A stretch of DNA of 64,000 bases from Nitrosopumilus sp. (GCA_965218785.1 OZ244650.1:896001-960000), one strand, 5' to 3'. Shown: positions 8,449 to 19,818, counted from the stretch's first letter. Notes: generated from the letters alone by a model not told the origin. A program made the numbers and translations.

Positions 8449-9625
8449 TTTTATTCAGATAATTTTGAACCTCTTCGACATCCTTGTCCCCCCGTCCTGA
8501 AAGTGTTACTACTATTGATTCTGATGCCCTTCCCTTTTTTGCCACCTTGAGTGCCTCTGCTACTGCGTGAGCTGATTCCAATGCCGGAATAATCCCCTCT
8601 GTTCTAGTCAGCATCAAAAACGCGTCAATTACCTCGGCATCAGTGGCCGAGTGATACCTTACACGTTTTGTATCTTTAAGGTAGGAATGCTCCGGACCGA
8701 CTCCGGGGTAATCCAGTCCTGCTGAAATGCTGTGTGTCTGTGCAATCTGTCCCTCTTTATCCTGAAGCAGGTATGTCATCATGCCGTGTAGCACCCCCTT
8801 TGTTCCCTTTGATAGCGTGGCCGAATGCAATCCTGATTTTAATCCTTGACCTGCGGCCTCTACTCCGATAATCTCTGCGTTTGTATCTATTAATGGATAA
8901 AACGTCCCGATTGCATTGGAGCCTCCGCCAACACATGCTATCACGTTGTCCGGTTCCCTGTTGTTGATTTTTTTCATCTGTGATTTGATCTCCTCTCCTA
9001 TCACACTTTGAAAATCCCTTACCATGACCGGGTATGGGTGCGGACCCACGGCTGATCCTAGCAGGTAATACGTTGTCTCTACATTTGTGATCCAGTCGCG
9101 AATTGCCTCGTTGATTGCATCCTTTAGCGTCTTTGAACCTGATCTTACCGGATGAACCTTGCAGCCAAGAAGGTCCATTCTAAACACGTTGAGCTTTTGA
9201 CGAATCGTATCTTTGTATCCCATGTATACCTCGGTCTTTATCCCCAGTGCCGCGCATGCCATGGCAGTTGCAACGCCGTGCTGGCCTGCACCAGTCTCTG
9301 CAATGATCCTCTTTTTTTTCATCTTCTTTGCAAGCAGCGCCTGGCCCAGCGTGTTGTTGATTTTGTGTGCGCCTCCGTGCAGCAGATCCTCCCGCTTGAG
9401 ATAGATCCTAGAGCCTCCGATTTTCTCTGACAGGTTTTTTGCATAGTATAACGGGGTTGGCCTGCCGGCATAGACTCTGAGATAGTAATCCAGTTCCTTT
9501 TTGAAGTTTTTATCATTTTTGTATTTGAGATAATTCTCTTCTAGCTCCTCGATGGCAGGTACCAGCGTCTCGGGAATGTACCTTCCGCCAAATTCCCCGA
9601 ACCGTCCGTTCCTGGGATATCTCAG
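8435..9625 (-). CDS. trpB: Tryptophan synthase beta chain, probable CTG start
   Basis: The frame stays open upstream of the called ORF: (L)[20 protein letters not shown]...[15 protein letters not shown] (PLP lysine) continues into AETGAGQHG. The CTG overlaps the trpC TGA. Confidence 0.95.
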   Translation of the reverse strand: MRYPRNGRFGEFGGRYIPETLVPAIEELEENYLKYKNDKNFKKELDYYLRVYAGRPTPLYYAKNLSEKIGGSRIYLKREDLLHGGAHKINNTLGQALLAKKMKKKRIIAETGAGQHGVATAMACAALGIKTEVYMGYKDTIRQKLNVFRMDLLGCKVHPVRSGSKTLKDAINEAIRDWITNVETTYYLLGSAVGPHPYPVMVRDFQSVIGEEIKSQMKKINNREPDNVIACVGGGSNAIGTFYPLIDTNAEIIGVEAAGQGLKSGLHSATLSKGTKGVLHGMMTYLLQDKEGQIAQTHSISAGLDYPGVGPEHSYLKDTKRVRYHSATDAEVIDAFLMLTRTEGIIPALESAHAVAEALKVAKKGRASESIVVTLSGRGDKDVEEVQNYLNKNVKD

Positions 9626-10401
9626 TATGCCCCCACCAACTCTTTTACCTGCCTCTTGATATCACCGCTTTTCATTATGCTTGAGCCTATCAAAAACGCA
9701 GCTGCACCACACCTTTTTAGATACCGGATATCCTCGACACTCTCAATACCGCTTTCTGAAAGAATCGGTCTTGCGTCATCATCATATCCTTTTAGAACCA
9801 TCTCCGTATTCTTCAAATCAATCCCCAACGTATCTAAATTTCTATTATTAATGCCGATAAGATCGGCATCAGTCCTTAACGCATTCTCAAATTCCTGTTT
9901 TGTGTGGACCTCGAGAAGGATTTTTAATCCTTTTTGGTGTGCATACCTGACAAATTCGTCAATCCCGCTGAGAAACCCCCGGTCAAAGAGCGACTGAATC
10001 AGCAGGATATAGTCTGCCCCGATCTTCTCTGCAGCGTCAATTTGTACCTTATCTATCATGATATCCTTCATCAGTAACGGAACATCCACTGCATTTCTGA
10101 CTTTGATAAAGTAATCCGGTGAGCCATGAAACAGGTGCGGCTGTGTCAGTACAGATAACGCCCTTGCACCACCCGAGATCATCTGCCTTGCAATGCCTGC
10201 AGGCTCTGCAGTGGTCCTGATTTTTCCAAGGGACGGTGATGCGAATTTTATCTCGGTGAGCAGCGTTGGATGGGGATTTGTATTTATAATTTCAATGAGA
10301 TCCCTGCCTGATTTTTGCAGGTTTACATCAACGTCATATGTGCCATCATCAATTGCCATCTGTGAATTATTTACCAGTTTTTTTAGGATGTTTTCTGCCA
10401 T
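9622..10401 (-). CDS. trpC: Indole-3-glycerol phosphate synthase
   Basis: [31 protein letters not shown]. Confidence 0.95.
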   Translation of the reverse strand: MAENILKKLVNNSQMAIDDGTYDVDVNLQKSGRDLIEIINTNPHPTLLTEIKFASPSLGKIRTTAEPAGIARQMISGGARALSVLTQPHLFHGSPDYFIKVRNAVDVPLLMKDIMIDKVQIDAAEKIGADYILLIQSLFDRGFLSGIDEFVRYAHQKGLKILLEVHTKQEFENALRTDADLIGINNRNLDTLGIDLKNTEMVLKGYDDDARPILSESGIESVEDIRYLKRCGAAAFLIGSSIMKSGDIKRQVKELVGAY

Positions 10402-11444
10402 TATCTCATCTCCGCCAGTCTTGCAGCATCCCCGGTATCTGCCACAAAGTTCTCCAAGTGTCTGAATGCCTTTCCATCTTTGATTGTGTTTAATGCGATC
10501 TCCACCCCATCCTCAAAGTCATCTGCGATGTTTGCGACAATCAGCCCGCCTGCCGCATTTAGCGCCGTGGTTTCAATCATTGCCTGGTTTGCAGTATTAT
10601 TAAGAACGCCCACAAAGCATTTGACGGCATGCTCTTTTCCTTTGACTAGTATGTCTTTTAGCGAGGATTTATGCAGTCCCACCGCCTGGGGATCCACCGT
10701 ATCTGTTGATATCTCCCCGCCATCACGCATGATGCATACCCTGTTAACTGAACTAGTTGAAAATTCATCCATTCCATCATCAGAGCGCACCGTCATTATA
10801 TTTTCTGCCTTTTTTCGTTTGAGGATTGCCGGCAGCCTCTGAAGATACTCGCTTGAAGACACCCCTATCAGCTGGTTTTTGACTCCTGCCGGATTTGACA
10901 GCGGACCTAAAAGATTGAACGCCGTTCTTTTACCTGCCTGTTTTCTTGCCGCTGCAACGTGCCTCATTGCCGGATGAAATTTCTGTGCAAACATGAAACA
11001 AATCCTGTGTTTTTCTAAAATGTTTGCAATGACTGCCGGCTCTTGATTCAGATCATATCCGAAATATTCAAAAATATCCGCGCTTCCTGATGCGCCCGAG
11101 CTTGAGCGGTTTCCATGCTTTGCAACTGTTCCTCCCGCGGCAGCTACTACAAACGAGGCGGCAGTCGACACGTTAAACGTGTGCAGTCCGTCCCCGCCCG
11201 TCCCACACATGTCGATGAGTGCCCCGCAGTTCTCAGGCTCGATCTTTAGGGATATCTCCTGCATCTTATCTAGCATTCCCAATAATTCGTCATCTGTCTC
11301 CCCCTTGACTGCAAGACTGGATAGAAAATCCGTGTTCTCCTGCAGGGTGGTGTTTCCTGAAAGAATCTCTGCAGTGACACTGTTTATCTCATCGTATGTC
11401 AGGTCCGTCTTTTCCTGCAGTTTTTTAACGATCTCTGAGATCAT
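10401..11444 (-). CDS. trpD: Anthranilate phosphoribosyltransferase
   Basis: DMCGTGGDG..TFNVST, AKHGNRS.S..SGSAD. Confidence 0.97.
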   Translation of the reverse strand: MISEIVKKLQEKTDLTYDEINSVTAEILSGNTTLQENTDFLSSLAVKGETDDELLGMLDKMQEISLKIEPENCGALIDMCGTGGDGLHTFNVSTAASFVVAAAGGTVAKHGNRSSSGASGSADIFEYFGYDLNQEPAVIANILEKHRICFMFAQKFHPAMRHVAAARKQAGKRTAFNLLGPLSNPAGVKNQLIGVSSSEYLQRLPAILKRKKAENIMTVRSDDGMDEFSTSSVNRVCIMRDGGEISTDTVDPQAVGLHKSSLKDILVKGKEHAVKCFVGVLNNTANQAMIETTALNAAGGLIVANIADDFEDGVEIALNTIKDGKAFRHLENFVADTGDAARLAEMR

Positions 11445-12031
11445 CTCTCTCTTACCTGCCTTGTGAAATTCTCCAGGATTTTCTTGCCACCTTCAGTCAT
11501 TATTGACTCGGGATGAAACTGCACCCCCTCGATGAGGTATCTCCTGTGTCTTACTGCCATGACTTCCCCGTCATCTGCGGCAGTGGCAGTCACTGCCAAC
11601 ACGTCTGGAATTACCGTCTTGTCTCCCACCAGACTGTGATACCTTGTCGCCCTAAACGGGTTTTTTACCCCCTTGAACAGCTCTGAATTTTCATGACGTA
11701 TCATGCTTGTCTTTCCATGTCTTACGCGTCCTGCATTAGTCACCCTTCCGCCAAAGGCATGAATGATTCCCTGGTGTCCCAGACAAACTCCCAGTATGGG
11801 AGTTGTTGCCCCCATCTCCCTGATTACCTTGCCGCACACCCCAAAGTATCTTCGGTCTTCGGGTGTCCCGGGCCCAGGTGAGATTACTATGGCGTCATAA
11901 CCGCCTTTTTTGATCTCCTCCAGGGTGATCCTGTCATTTCTGATGACCTTTGATTCCACTCCGATCTCCCCGAGATACTGTGCAATGTTAAATACAAACG
12001 AGTCATAGTTGTCGATAATTAAAAATTTCAA
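11441..12031 (-). CDS. trpG: Anthranilate synthase glutamine amidotransferase subunit
   Basis: IDNYDSF, SPGPG, GVCLGHQ, QFHPES. Confidence 0.96.
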   Translation of the reverse strand: MKFLIIDNYDSFVFNIAQYLGEIGVESKVIRNDRITLEEIKKGGYDAIVISPGPGTPEDRRYFGVCGKVIREMGATTPILGVCLGHQGIIHAFGGRVTNAGRVRHGKTSMIRHENSELFKGVKNPFRATRYHSLVGDKTVIPDVLAVTATAADDGEVMAVRHRRYLIEGVQFHPESIMTEGGKKILENFTRQVRER

Positions 12032-13377
12032 CTTGATGCCTCCGTTAATGCCTGCAGCATCGCCTTTGCCTTGTGCTCTGTCTCTTTGAATTCGTGCTCG
12101 GCTACTGAATCTGATACGATGCCCGCACCTGATTGAACAAACCCCCTGCCGTCTTTTAGGAATATGCTTCTGATGGCAATTGCAAAATCACAGCATCCGT
12201 TAAATGAAAAATATCCCACGGCCCCCGCATACGGCCCCCTGCCCTCATCTTCCAAGTCGTCGATTATCTCCATGGCCCTGACTTTTGGCGCACCTGATAC
12301 CGTACCTGCCGGAAACACCGCCTTGAATGCATCAAACATGTCATTTTCAGGCGCCAGATTACCTGCCAGGTGGGTGACAATATGCTGAACATGGCTAAAC
12401 CGTTTTATCTGCATTAGTGATTCGGGATGGACCGTACCATACCTGCAGACCCTGCCGATGTCGTTTCTTCCCAAATCCACTAGCATGGTATGCTCTGCCA
12501 GCTCTTTTTGATCGCAGAGCAGCTCTGCTGCCAGCCTTTCGTTGTCTTTTTCATCATCGGTAATCTTTCTGGTTCCTGCAATCGGAAATGTTTCCACAAT
12601 ATCATCTGTTATTCTGACTAGCATCTCCGGTGATGCCCCTATGACTGTCTTTTTATCCTGTTTTAGATGATACATGTAGGGGGAGGGATTCAGTTTTCTC
12701 AGCGTCTTGTATAACGTTAAATCATCCCCCGTCACATCAAATGTGAATTTTCTTGACAGTACCACCTGGAAAACATCGCCGTCATGAATGTATTTTTTTG
12801 CCTTGCCTACAATGTCTGCAAACTTTTCCTTATTCATGTTTGGAGTGACACTGCCGGAGTGAAACTCCCCAAACTCGTCTTTGCCGATCTTCAGGCGCTC
12901 AAACCTGTTCTCATCATGATAAAAATAAAACAGTTTCCTGCGTACATTGTCGTATAATATCCCGTCATCGTATATTCCAAATTCCATTAATGGCTGCGAT
13001 GAGACATGGGCATCTGGAATGTCTTCTACCAGTCTGACTGCGTCATAGTTTACAATTCCCACGGCTCCTCCGAGATACCTGTAACTTTGATCCTCTGACT
13101 TGCCTACTAGTTTTTTCAGCTCTTCAAACGGGTCGCGTGTCTGAATGGTTTGCGTCTCCCCGTCTTTTGTTATCTCCACCCTGTCGGCGTATCCTTTGAA
13201 AATGATTTTTGGATCAAAGCCCATCACGGATGTTTCAGCTAGAACCTCGGGGCCAGTCAGTGATTCAAAGAGAAATGAATGTGAATAATTTTTAGAAATC
13301 CTGTTATATGTCTGAAACTGGTTTTCAGATAAATCTAGTGGTACTACTGTTACTTGCGAGTTTCCAAAGGCATCCAC
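12028..13377 (-). CDS. trpE: Anthranilate synthase component I
   Basis: LFES, QVVLS, NPSPY, EHTMLVDLGRND, PAGTVSGAPK. The start is placed at the GTG at 13377 rather than 13464 (inferred). Confidence 0.95.
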   Translation of the reverse strand: MDAFGNSQVTVVPLDLSENQFQTYNRISKNYSHSFLFESLTGPEVLAETSVMGFDPKIIFKGYADRVEITKDGETQTIQTRDPFEELKKLVGKSEDQSYRYLGGAVGIVNYDAVRLVEDIPDAHVSSQPLMEFGIYDDGILYDNVRRKLFYFYHDENRFERLKIGKDEFGEFHSGSVTPNMNKEKFADIVGKAKKYIHDGDVFQVVLSRKFTFDVTGDDLTLYKTLRKLNPSPYMYHLKQDKKTVIGASPEMLVRITDDIVETFPIAGTRKITDDEKDNERLAAELLCDQKELAEHTMLVDLGRNDIGRVCRYGTVHPESLMQIKRFSHVQHIVTHLAGNLAPENDMFDAFKAVFPAGTVSGAPKVRAMEIIDDLEDEGRGPYAGAVGYFSFNGCCDFAIAIRSIFLKDGRGFVQSGAGIVSDSVAEHEFKETEHKAKAMLQALTEASS

Positions 13378-13502
13378 CCATAGACAGAATCCTGATGGTT
13401 TATTATTTAAATTGATGAGTAGGATTTCCCGTGTTATCCCTCTGAAATATCTGATTTCAGGCATGAATAATTACGGTATGGTACGGTACCTTTATATCAT
13501 AT

Positions 13503-13712
13503 TTGATCGTACATCTTGCAATGCCTAGAATACACAGAGCAATCATGCAGGATATGCAGGTTATCAGGGAATCACCCAGTATACAATCTAGCGTTCAGGC
13601 AGTCGAGTGCTATGTGTGTGGGAAAGGACTAGCAGACGGCCACTGCATTACTGCAAAAACACTGGCAAACGGGATAGTTTTATTTTGTGACGTCCATTAT
13701 TCATTACAATGA
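13503..13712 (+). CDS. Small Cys/His metal-binding hypothetical protein
   Basis: CYVC...FCDVH; divergent from trpE. The start may be a downstream ATG. Confidence 0.55.
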   Translation: MIVHLAMPRIHRAIMQDMQVIRESPSIQSSVQAVECYVCGKGLADGHCITAKTLANGIVLFCDVHYSLQ

Positions 13713-13759
13713 ATTATTTGGATTGTCTCTTTTCATATTTTGTCGTGATGGATTACTGA

Positions 13760-14783
13760 AATGACGAGTCATACATCCAAGAATTCTTACACTGCTTTAG
13801 ATCACGCCGGCACAAACACTTTTCTCAGGCGTAGCATGCAAAAATTACTTTAGCTAAAAGTAATTTTTTTTAATCCCGATTTTTTAATTCAGAGATCGTT
13901 TTTTAGTTATTGAGTCAGAGACATCTTGCGGTGTTAGCTGGGTGGGCCCTAATGCTCACATAAACTAGTTAATACATGGTCTCCAAAGTAATGGAGACTG
14001 ACTTTTTTTTCTGCGATCATATAATCAATGTGGTTACCTACCACTAAAGTCCTAGTCATATCTCCCCTACGATATTTTTTCATGCGTCATCCATGTTTAA
14101 TTACAATCACTACTGGATTCACTGCTTGGATGACTGGGAATTTTTATCACGATGGTGAATGAGAAATAAACGAGGATGAGACACAAAAAAAGCGATCTCA
14201 TTTACTGGATTATTCCATACCTGGGAAAAAAGATCACTAAACTAGGCATATGATAAAATTCAGAGAAAACAGTGTTATTGATACTTGCTAAAAATCTGGC
14301 GAAGAATGGCATGAGACTCTTTTTCAGTTATAACCAACCCATCACCAATGGTAACAGATCTGAGTTTTAGTTTTTTCATAGAAATATTATATGACATCAT
14401 AATAAAAGCATTTCATGGTCAAACATGGAATTACAAGAACAAATCATAAAACTGTCTAGTCAGTTTTTCCATGTCAGGATAAAATTAGATATGTAAAAAC
14501 AGAATTTTCAATTATGGCATCTTTTTTGGCAGTGTCATCGTCTTTTCTCTCTGGTGTACCTCCTGCTTTCCCGCTTTCATGTCAGTGAGTCAGACATGGG
14601 TGGGTTTGGATTTTCATAATAATTCAGCTTTGCGGCAAGTGTGTCGATCTGACTTTGCATCTGTAATTTGAAAAAACCGTCAATCCGGTTCTTTTGCCTG
14701 ATATGATGTTGTTGAATATTTGAGGGCAATCTACATTTTCCTGCATTCGGTCTTTTGCCATTCATGGCTGGAATAACAGTCAT
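13760..14783. pseudogene. Heavily decayed transposase remnants, possibly IS66-like
   Basis: The minus strand has LAAKLNYYENPNPP.S.SL, resembling an IS66 N-terminal coiled coil + NS/PPS motif. The plus strand near 14300-14450 has fragments resembling an IS66 C-terminus. Many stops. Confidence 0.35.
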
Positions 14784-14888
14784 GATTAATGGCTCATGCT
14801 TTTACCTTGCTGATAAAATTGTGAGGGTAGGACCTCATATAATCAAATATGGAAGGTATAATTATGGCGTTGAATGTTGACGATATAA

Positions 14889-15752
14889 TTGTCAAGATAT
14901 GAAAATCCAAAGGTCAATGTTAATGTAGGGGCGGCCAAAGCCGTCGTAGGTGTAATTATTGCGTTAATCGTAGCCGGTGTTATAATAGCTTCTTCTATTC
15001 AAATCGTGGATGCTGGGCACAGGGGCGTTTTACTTCATTGGAGTGCAGTTGATACCTCTGTTCCTCCTCTGGATGAAGGACTACACTTTGTAGCTCCATT
15101 TGCAGACACTGTTGTGAATATAGAGGTTCGAACACTAAAGTATGTAAAATCAACGTCTTCGGCATCCAAGGATCTTCAAACCGTCACGACTGCAGTCACT
15201 GTCAACTATCATCCTTCTCCAAACTCGATTCATCATCTTTACAAAGAAATCGGTCTTGATTATGAAAACAGAGTCATCCAGCCGGCAATAGAAGAGGTCG
15301 TAAAACAGGTTACTGCAAATTATAATGCCGAAGAATTAATCACAAAAAGACCATTGGTAAAGTCCGACATCGAGGCCGAGATTAGCGTACGACTGACTGG
15401 ATTTAACATCATTACCGAGGTCATCTCAATTACCGACTTTCAATTCTCACCACTTTTTGCACGGGCAATCGAAGATAAGGTAGAGGCAGAACAAAAAGCC
15501 CTCAAAGCAGAAAACGATCTGAGACGAATTGAAGTGGAGGCAAGACAGCACGAGGCACAGGCTCAGGGTATTGCAGGGGCAAACATTGCAGAGGCGCAAG
15601 GTGAGGCAGAGGCAATTAGAATTATCAATACCGCACTGGCAGACAATCCAAATTATCTAGAGTGGTTGAAAACACAGGCCTGGGACGGACGATTACCTCT
15701 AGTAGTCGGCGAGGGTGGAACACCTTTTATTGAAATACCAACGCAGCCTTAA
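14889..15752 (+). CDS. SPFH/band 7 (prohibitin-like) membrane protein
   Basis: N-terminal TM, AG.RGV, EGLHF..PF, SKDLQ.V, AIE.K..AEQ, A.G.AEA. Confidence 0.92.
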   Translation: MSRYENPKVNVNVGAAKAVVGVIIALIVAGVIIASSIQIVDAGHRGVLLHWSAVDTSVPPLDEGLHFVAPFADTVVNIEVRTLKYVKSTSSASKDLQTVTTAVTVNYHPSPNSIHHLYKEIGLDYENRVIQPAIEEVVKQVTANYNAEELITKRPLVKSDIEAEISVRLTGFNIITEVISITDFQFSPLFARAIEDKVEAEQKALKAENDLRRIEVEARQHEAQAQGIAGANIAEAQGEAEAIRIINTALADNPNYLEWLKTQAWDGRLPLVVGEGGTPFIEIPTQP

Positions 15753-16093
15753 TCTCTTTTGTTACATACAAGATACGATACGACAGATAAGACGGTTCTA
15801 GTAAATTTGTGATCTGTAGCACAAATCATGAAATACACATATCCTCCAAATTACGATGATCAGTTCGAATCCGTTCTTCTCTGGCGACGTTTTTCATGAC
15901 ATATCTAATGGAAATCATATTTGCACTTTGGATATTGCCTTTTTTATTCCAGTTCTTTATTGCAGGCAGCAGAAACGTCATACTTGTTATGTTCAGGGTT
16001 TGCGTGAGATCGACTGCATAAAATTCTCAGTTCAGATACAATCGGAATTTTTGATCAAAAACAAAAAGTAAAATGTCCAAGTTTGATATAATG

Positions 16094-16582
16094 CTAATCT
16101 TTTTTACTGTCTTCTGATTTACCGTTTTCTGATTTACTGTTTTCTGATTTACCACTTTCTGATTTACTGTCTTCTAATTCACCACTCTCTGATTTACCAC
16201 TCTCTGATTTACTGTCTTCTAATTTACCACTCTCTGATTTACCACTTTTTAATTCACCACTCTCTGATTTACTGTCTTCTAATTTACCACTCTCTGATTC
16301 ATCCCTGATGGAATCATACATTGCAAGGAACTGTTCAGGCTCGTGCTGTCTGTAGCGTTTTTGCATCTGTGAAATCTCCTTTTCTGAAATCTTCTTTCCT
16401 TTTTTAATGTGAAATTCTTTTATGATCTGGAACTGGGTTTTTTTAATATCGTATTTTCGGAGTGTTTGATTGACTGTTCTGTTGCAAAAATAATCATAAA
16501 GTACAAAACGATATGTCAAATAACCGATTATTCCGGCAATGACGACTAGGGTAAGTGGTATGATGATGATTGCGATTGCCAT
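16094..16582 (-). CDS. Membrane-anchored hypothetical protein with low-complexity repeat tail
   Basis: N-terminal TM; C-terminal 5-aa repeats such as ESGKS/EDSKS. Confidence 0.8.
   Translation of the reverse strand: MAIAIIIIPLTLVVIAGIIGYLTYRFVLYDYFCNRTVNQTLRKYDIKKTQFQIIKEFHIKKGKKISEKEISQMQKRYRQHEPEQFLAMYDSIRDESESGKLEDSKSESGELKSGKSESGKLEDSKSESGKSESGELEDSKSESGKSENSKSENGKSEDSKKD
16098..16297. repeat. Degenerate 15-bp coding tandem repeat
   Basis: Units such as CTCTGATTTACCACT and TTCTGATTTACTGTC. Confidence 0.85.
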
Positions 16583-16714
16583 ATTCTTGTTAATTTACAT
16601 GCTATTTAAAAACGAAGAGGAAAAACCTGCTGGAATCGTGTTTTATCATGTTTGACAAATTTATTCGTAATAATAGTAGGATTGCGATGGATAATCCGAT
16701 ATATTCATCATGGA

Positions 16715-17932
16715 TTAGAACAACCTTTCAATTTCATCATAATGCATTTGAGATATGTCCCATCCTCTTTCTAATAATTTTATAGAGGTTTCACTAGTAA
16801 TACATGCGATGTTTTGAGTGTTTGTATTTTTCATAAGGACGTATTCTTTTTTACATTCAATATCATCTGGATGAATTCCCATATCCAGCTGTTGCTTTGG
16901 GGATACCTGTTCGGCAAAATCTAAAACACGGGTCGTAGCAAAAGATGTCCCGTCAAGTATTCCACTATCGTATGAAATATCCTCCTGATTTATTATCCCT
17001 CTCCACTGTGTGTTCATTTCTTTTGTTTTGACTAGTACTAGATTCTGTTCAATTTTTTTTGGATCAAAATCTATACTCATACGCAATAACCACTTGTCCA
17101 AAGGATCATACTGGATTAACGAGGGTGGAAAGTCAGTATACGAATATCTATTATTAGAAAACTCTTCCACAAATACCGTATCCACTCCTGGAACAAAATA
17201 TGGCAAGTCTGAAAGTGTGTATAAAGTGAATCTCATCTCCTCCATATCTGATGTCATTGATCTAAATGGCAGCATTGGATATTTGCTTGGAAAAGTAAAT
17301 TCAATCGGACGTAATTTTCCATCAATGTTTCCATTCCCGTCAATTTTTGCTTCATTCATGTTGACCTTAAAGACCACAAAAAAATAACCGCCTTTTTGGA
17401 TATAGTAATCAAAATTTTCTTCATCCCTTTCAGTATACACGAATTCATTTTCATCCAACCAGTTTGTCATGGATGAATTATTTTCGGCAGTAAGGGTAAC
17501 AGTACTATAATCTCCGACATCTTTGGTATCAATTATTGTTATTCCTAAATTCCCCGATACCCCCTCCGCTGCCATCGATAGGCTTTCATCACTTTGAGGC
17601 ATTGCAAGCTGTGGTGTTGTAATAAGTTCAAGATCCTTAAAAATATCTTCGTTTGTTTCAGTTATTGTTGGTTTTCCTGGCAGCGGCAAGACCAACCCGA
17701 ACTCTTTTGCTGTGCCATGAAATGAAGGCTGAATTACCAGCGTCTCCATTTTCTCAAATTCATCGTAAGAAATCAAGACCTTTGTATTGTCATCGGGCAT
17801 TATTGTAAGTTCCATCGGTGCAAATCCTGCCGGACACGCGGCAAAGGCAGGGCTAAAAAATAGGGATATGCCAATTATGAATGAAAAGAAAATAGAAAAC
17901 TGTTTGGAGATATTTTTTGAAAAACACTGCAC
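16715..17932 (-). CDS. Secreted DUF2330-like protein with thaumarchaeal C-terminal SP.KQ...G.....I.C motif
   Basis: Signal peptide; FG.V.PLP..P, VG.Y....L, WL..N.F, L.PI...F...P..P.R; tail SPKQQLDMGIHPDDIECK...AC......L.ERGW. Confidence 0.65.
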   Translation of the reverse strand: MQCFSKNISKQFSIFFSFIIGISLFFSPAFAACPAGFAPMELTIMPDDNTKVLISYDEFEKMETLVIQPSFHGTAKEFGLVLPLPGKPTITETNEDIFKDLELITTPQLAMPQSDESLSMAAEGVSGNLGITIIDTKDVGDYSTVTLTAENNSSMTNWLDENEFVYTERDEENFDYYIQKGGYFFVVFKVNMNEAKIDGNGNIDGKLRPIEFTFPSKYPMLPFRSMTSDMEEMRFTLYTLSDLPYFVPGVDTVFVEEFSNNRYSYTDFPPSLIQYDPLDKWLLRMSIDFDPKKIEQNLVLVKTKEMNTQWRGIINQEDISYDSGILDGTSFATTRVLDFAEQVSPKQQLDMGIHPDDIECKKEYVLMKNTNTQNIACITSETSIKLLERGWDISQMHYDEIERLF

Positions 17933-18079
17933 GATATGCTGTTGATTAATTGAGATATATATGTTAAAGTAAAATGATTTAAATGGTTCTATTTAACGCT
18001 GGATCAACTAAATTGAAATTAAAACATCGTCGTAATAAAATTAGAAAATTAATAAAACCTGTTATGGAAGGTATTTGAT

Positions 18080-19003
18080 TTGAGAACTGGTAAAATTCTT
18101 GTCCTTGTCCTAATCTGTATTGTTTCAAGTATTATAATTACGACAATCTCATTACGATATGACAGTGTTGATGAAGTATTGATTGCTCGAGATTTCATAC
18201 ATGAACAACTAGAATCTCAAAATGCGCCAATATTTTTTAAAATACATCCCCTGGAGAACCCTGGGCAATACCTGGTGTCCTACTGCTATGCTGCAGTGGA
18301 TATTACCGGCTCCACGAGAAGCCATCTTATTGATATAATAATTCAAGATCAAATAGTTACTGCCGGATATGTCGATGGGCAATGGGATGTTTTGAAAAAT
18401 TCAGTAATTGATGGTAATGAATACATCGATCCGTCTTTTTGTGATCCTATACTGGCTGGAACGTTTTCAGATTTTTATGAAATTATATTTGATATTTTGC
18501 AAACATTAACAAAACTTTTGATATACACTCAACTTGGAACATTGATATTTATTGCATTTGTTGGAATTGTAATTTACAAAAATTTTATAGGTCGAATTAG
18601 AAGCAGATATTCCCGTAATACCCAGACGACGTTATTTGATTATTCTCTAGGTCTTTCAAAAAATATTGGCCAAAGAATTCCCTTGTTGACAATTACCCCG
18701 TCACTTTTTGGCATCTGTGGCGTGGCACAGCTGTACAATAGGCAGATACGAAGGGGCATTTTTATCATGATTTCGGGGATGATCCTGTTCACATTCTTCA
18801 TAGTTGTTGCAAGTTTTAGTTTTAACCTGATATGGAATTTTCACATTTATGATTTAGATGATTTTCCACAGTGGGATATTACTGAAAACCCTGGACTAGT
18901 CATCAACACAATTACTGTTTGGACATTGGCGTATGTTGTATTTTTTATATGGCAGTACTTTGACTCTAGAAAATCAATTCAAAAGAAAAAAAATTACATG
19001 TGA
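18080..19003 (+). CDS. Hypothetical multi-pass membrane protein
   Basis: 307-aa ORF with several TM segments and a G.AQLY..Q..RG motif. Confidence 0.7.
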   Translation: MRTGKILVLVLICIVSSIIITTISLRYDSVDEVLIARDFIHEQLESQNAPIFFKIHPLENPGQYLVSYCYAAVDITGSTRSHLIDIIIQDQIVTAGYVDGQWDVLKNSVIDGNEYIDPSFCDPILAGTFSDFYEIIFDILQTLTKLLIYTQLGTLIFIAFVGIVIYKNFIGRIRSRYSRNTQTTLFDYSLGLSKNIGQRIPLLTITPSLFGICGVAQLYNRQIRRGIFIMISGMILFTFFIVVASFSFNLIWNFHIYDLDDFPQWDITENPGLVINTITVWTLAYVVFFIWQYFDSRKSIQKKKNYM

Positions 19004-19161
19004 ACCTGAATCATCACGATTTACAGTCGTCTGGTTTTGACTGCGGATCATTTCATATGTGGTGGTCCTCTCAACAGGTTTTGTTTTGTTAAATCCGAAA
19101 TCCAGATTAAAAAACGGCCATCTGAATCATTATCTGTCAACTAACCGATTATTTCATGCCG

Positions 19162-19512
19162 TCATTCTTCCCATACCGGCTGTGTTTTAAGCCATGCAAT
19201 CAGATCCTGATACAACTTGCTTTTTTGCATGTTTAATACCCCTATTTCCAGATTGGTGGATGATTTGACTGTTTTTGCATATTTTTCGTGTTTTGCAAAA
19301 ACTATCTTGTCCAGGTACATCTCACCTTGCATCTCCTTTTTTGCCAGTTCCTCGGATTCTGTCATGGCAAAGCTTGCAAACAGCACGCCGTCTACCCAGT
19401 ATCCGCTGGCCCCCTCAAGTGAGGACATCATTCCTATGAGATCATCTAGGCTCAACTTTACCATGTCACGAACAAAAATCCGTTCATATGGTTTGTGGAT
19501 AAAATCTGCCAT
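19162..19512 (-). CDS. Hypothetical protein
   Basis: 116-aa ORF with genome-typical composition. Confidence 0.75.
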   Translation of the reverse strand: MADFIHKPYERIFVRDMVKLSLDDLIGMMSSLEGASGYWVDGVLFASFAMTESEELAKKEMQGEMYLDKIVFAKHEKYAKTVKSSTNLEIGVLNMQKSKLYQDLIAWLKTQPVWEE

Positions 19513-19580
19513 GAAATCTGTTTTTTGTAGAGTTTAATGAGTATTTGTAAATTTTATAACTGGTTTTTTTTAAATCATCT

Positions 19581-19818
19581 TATGGCCGGCAAATCTGATG
19601 ATCTCTCCGAACATGATCTATTCATCACGGAATTTCCAAAAAGCGGATACAGCATCATAGACTATCTTCAGGGAAGGGTTCACTTTGCTTTACTTGATCA
19701 GATGAATCTCATGGCCACGTCTGGCATGAAACAAACCCAAATTAAAGAAACAGTCATTGCCAATGTGACTGAAATTATAAATAATTTTGAGCCCAAAAAA
19801 GACTCAAAAAGTCCTTGA
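19581..19818 (+). CDS. Hypothetical protein
   Basis: ORF MAGKSDDLSEH..., probably starting at the ATG near 19582, after a TTTAAA box. Confidence 0.55.

Noticed and set aside
9319-9516. Frameshifted/split trpB
   Set aside because: The trpB frame is continuous from 9625; the short ORF is an out-of-frame shadow.
13378-13464. N-terminal extension of TrpE / attenuator leader
   Set aside because: The extension spans a likely TATA box (TTTAAAT) and is not a Trp-rich leader peptide; the GTG at 13377 is the more plausible start.
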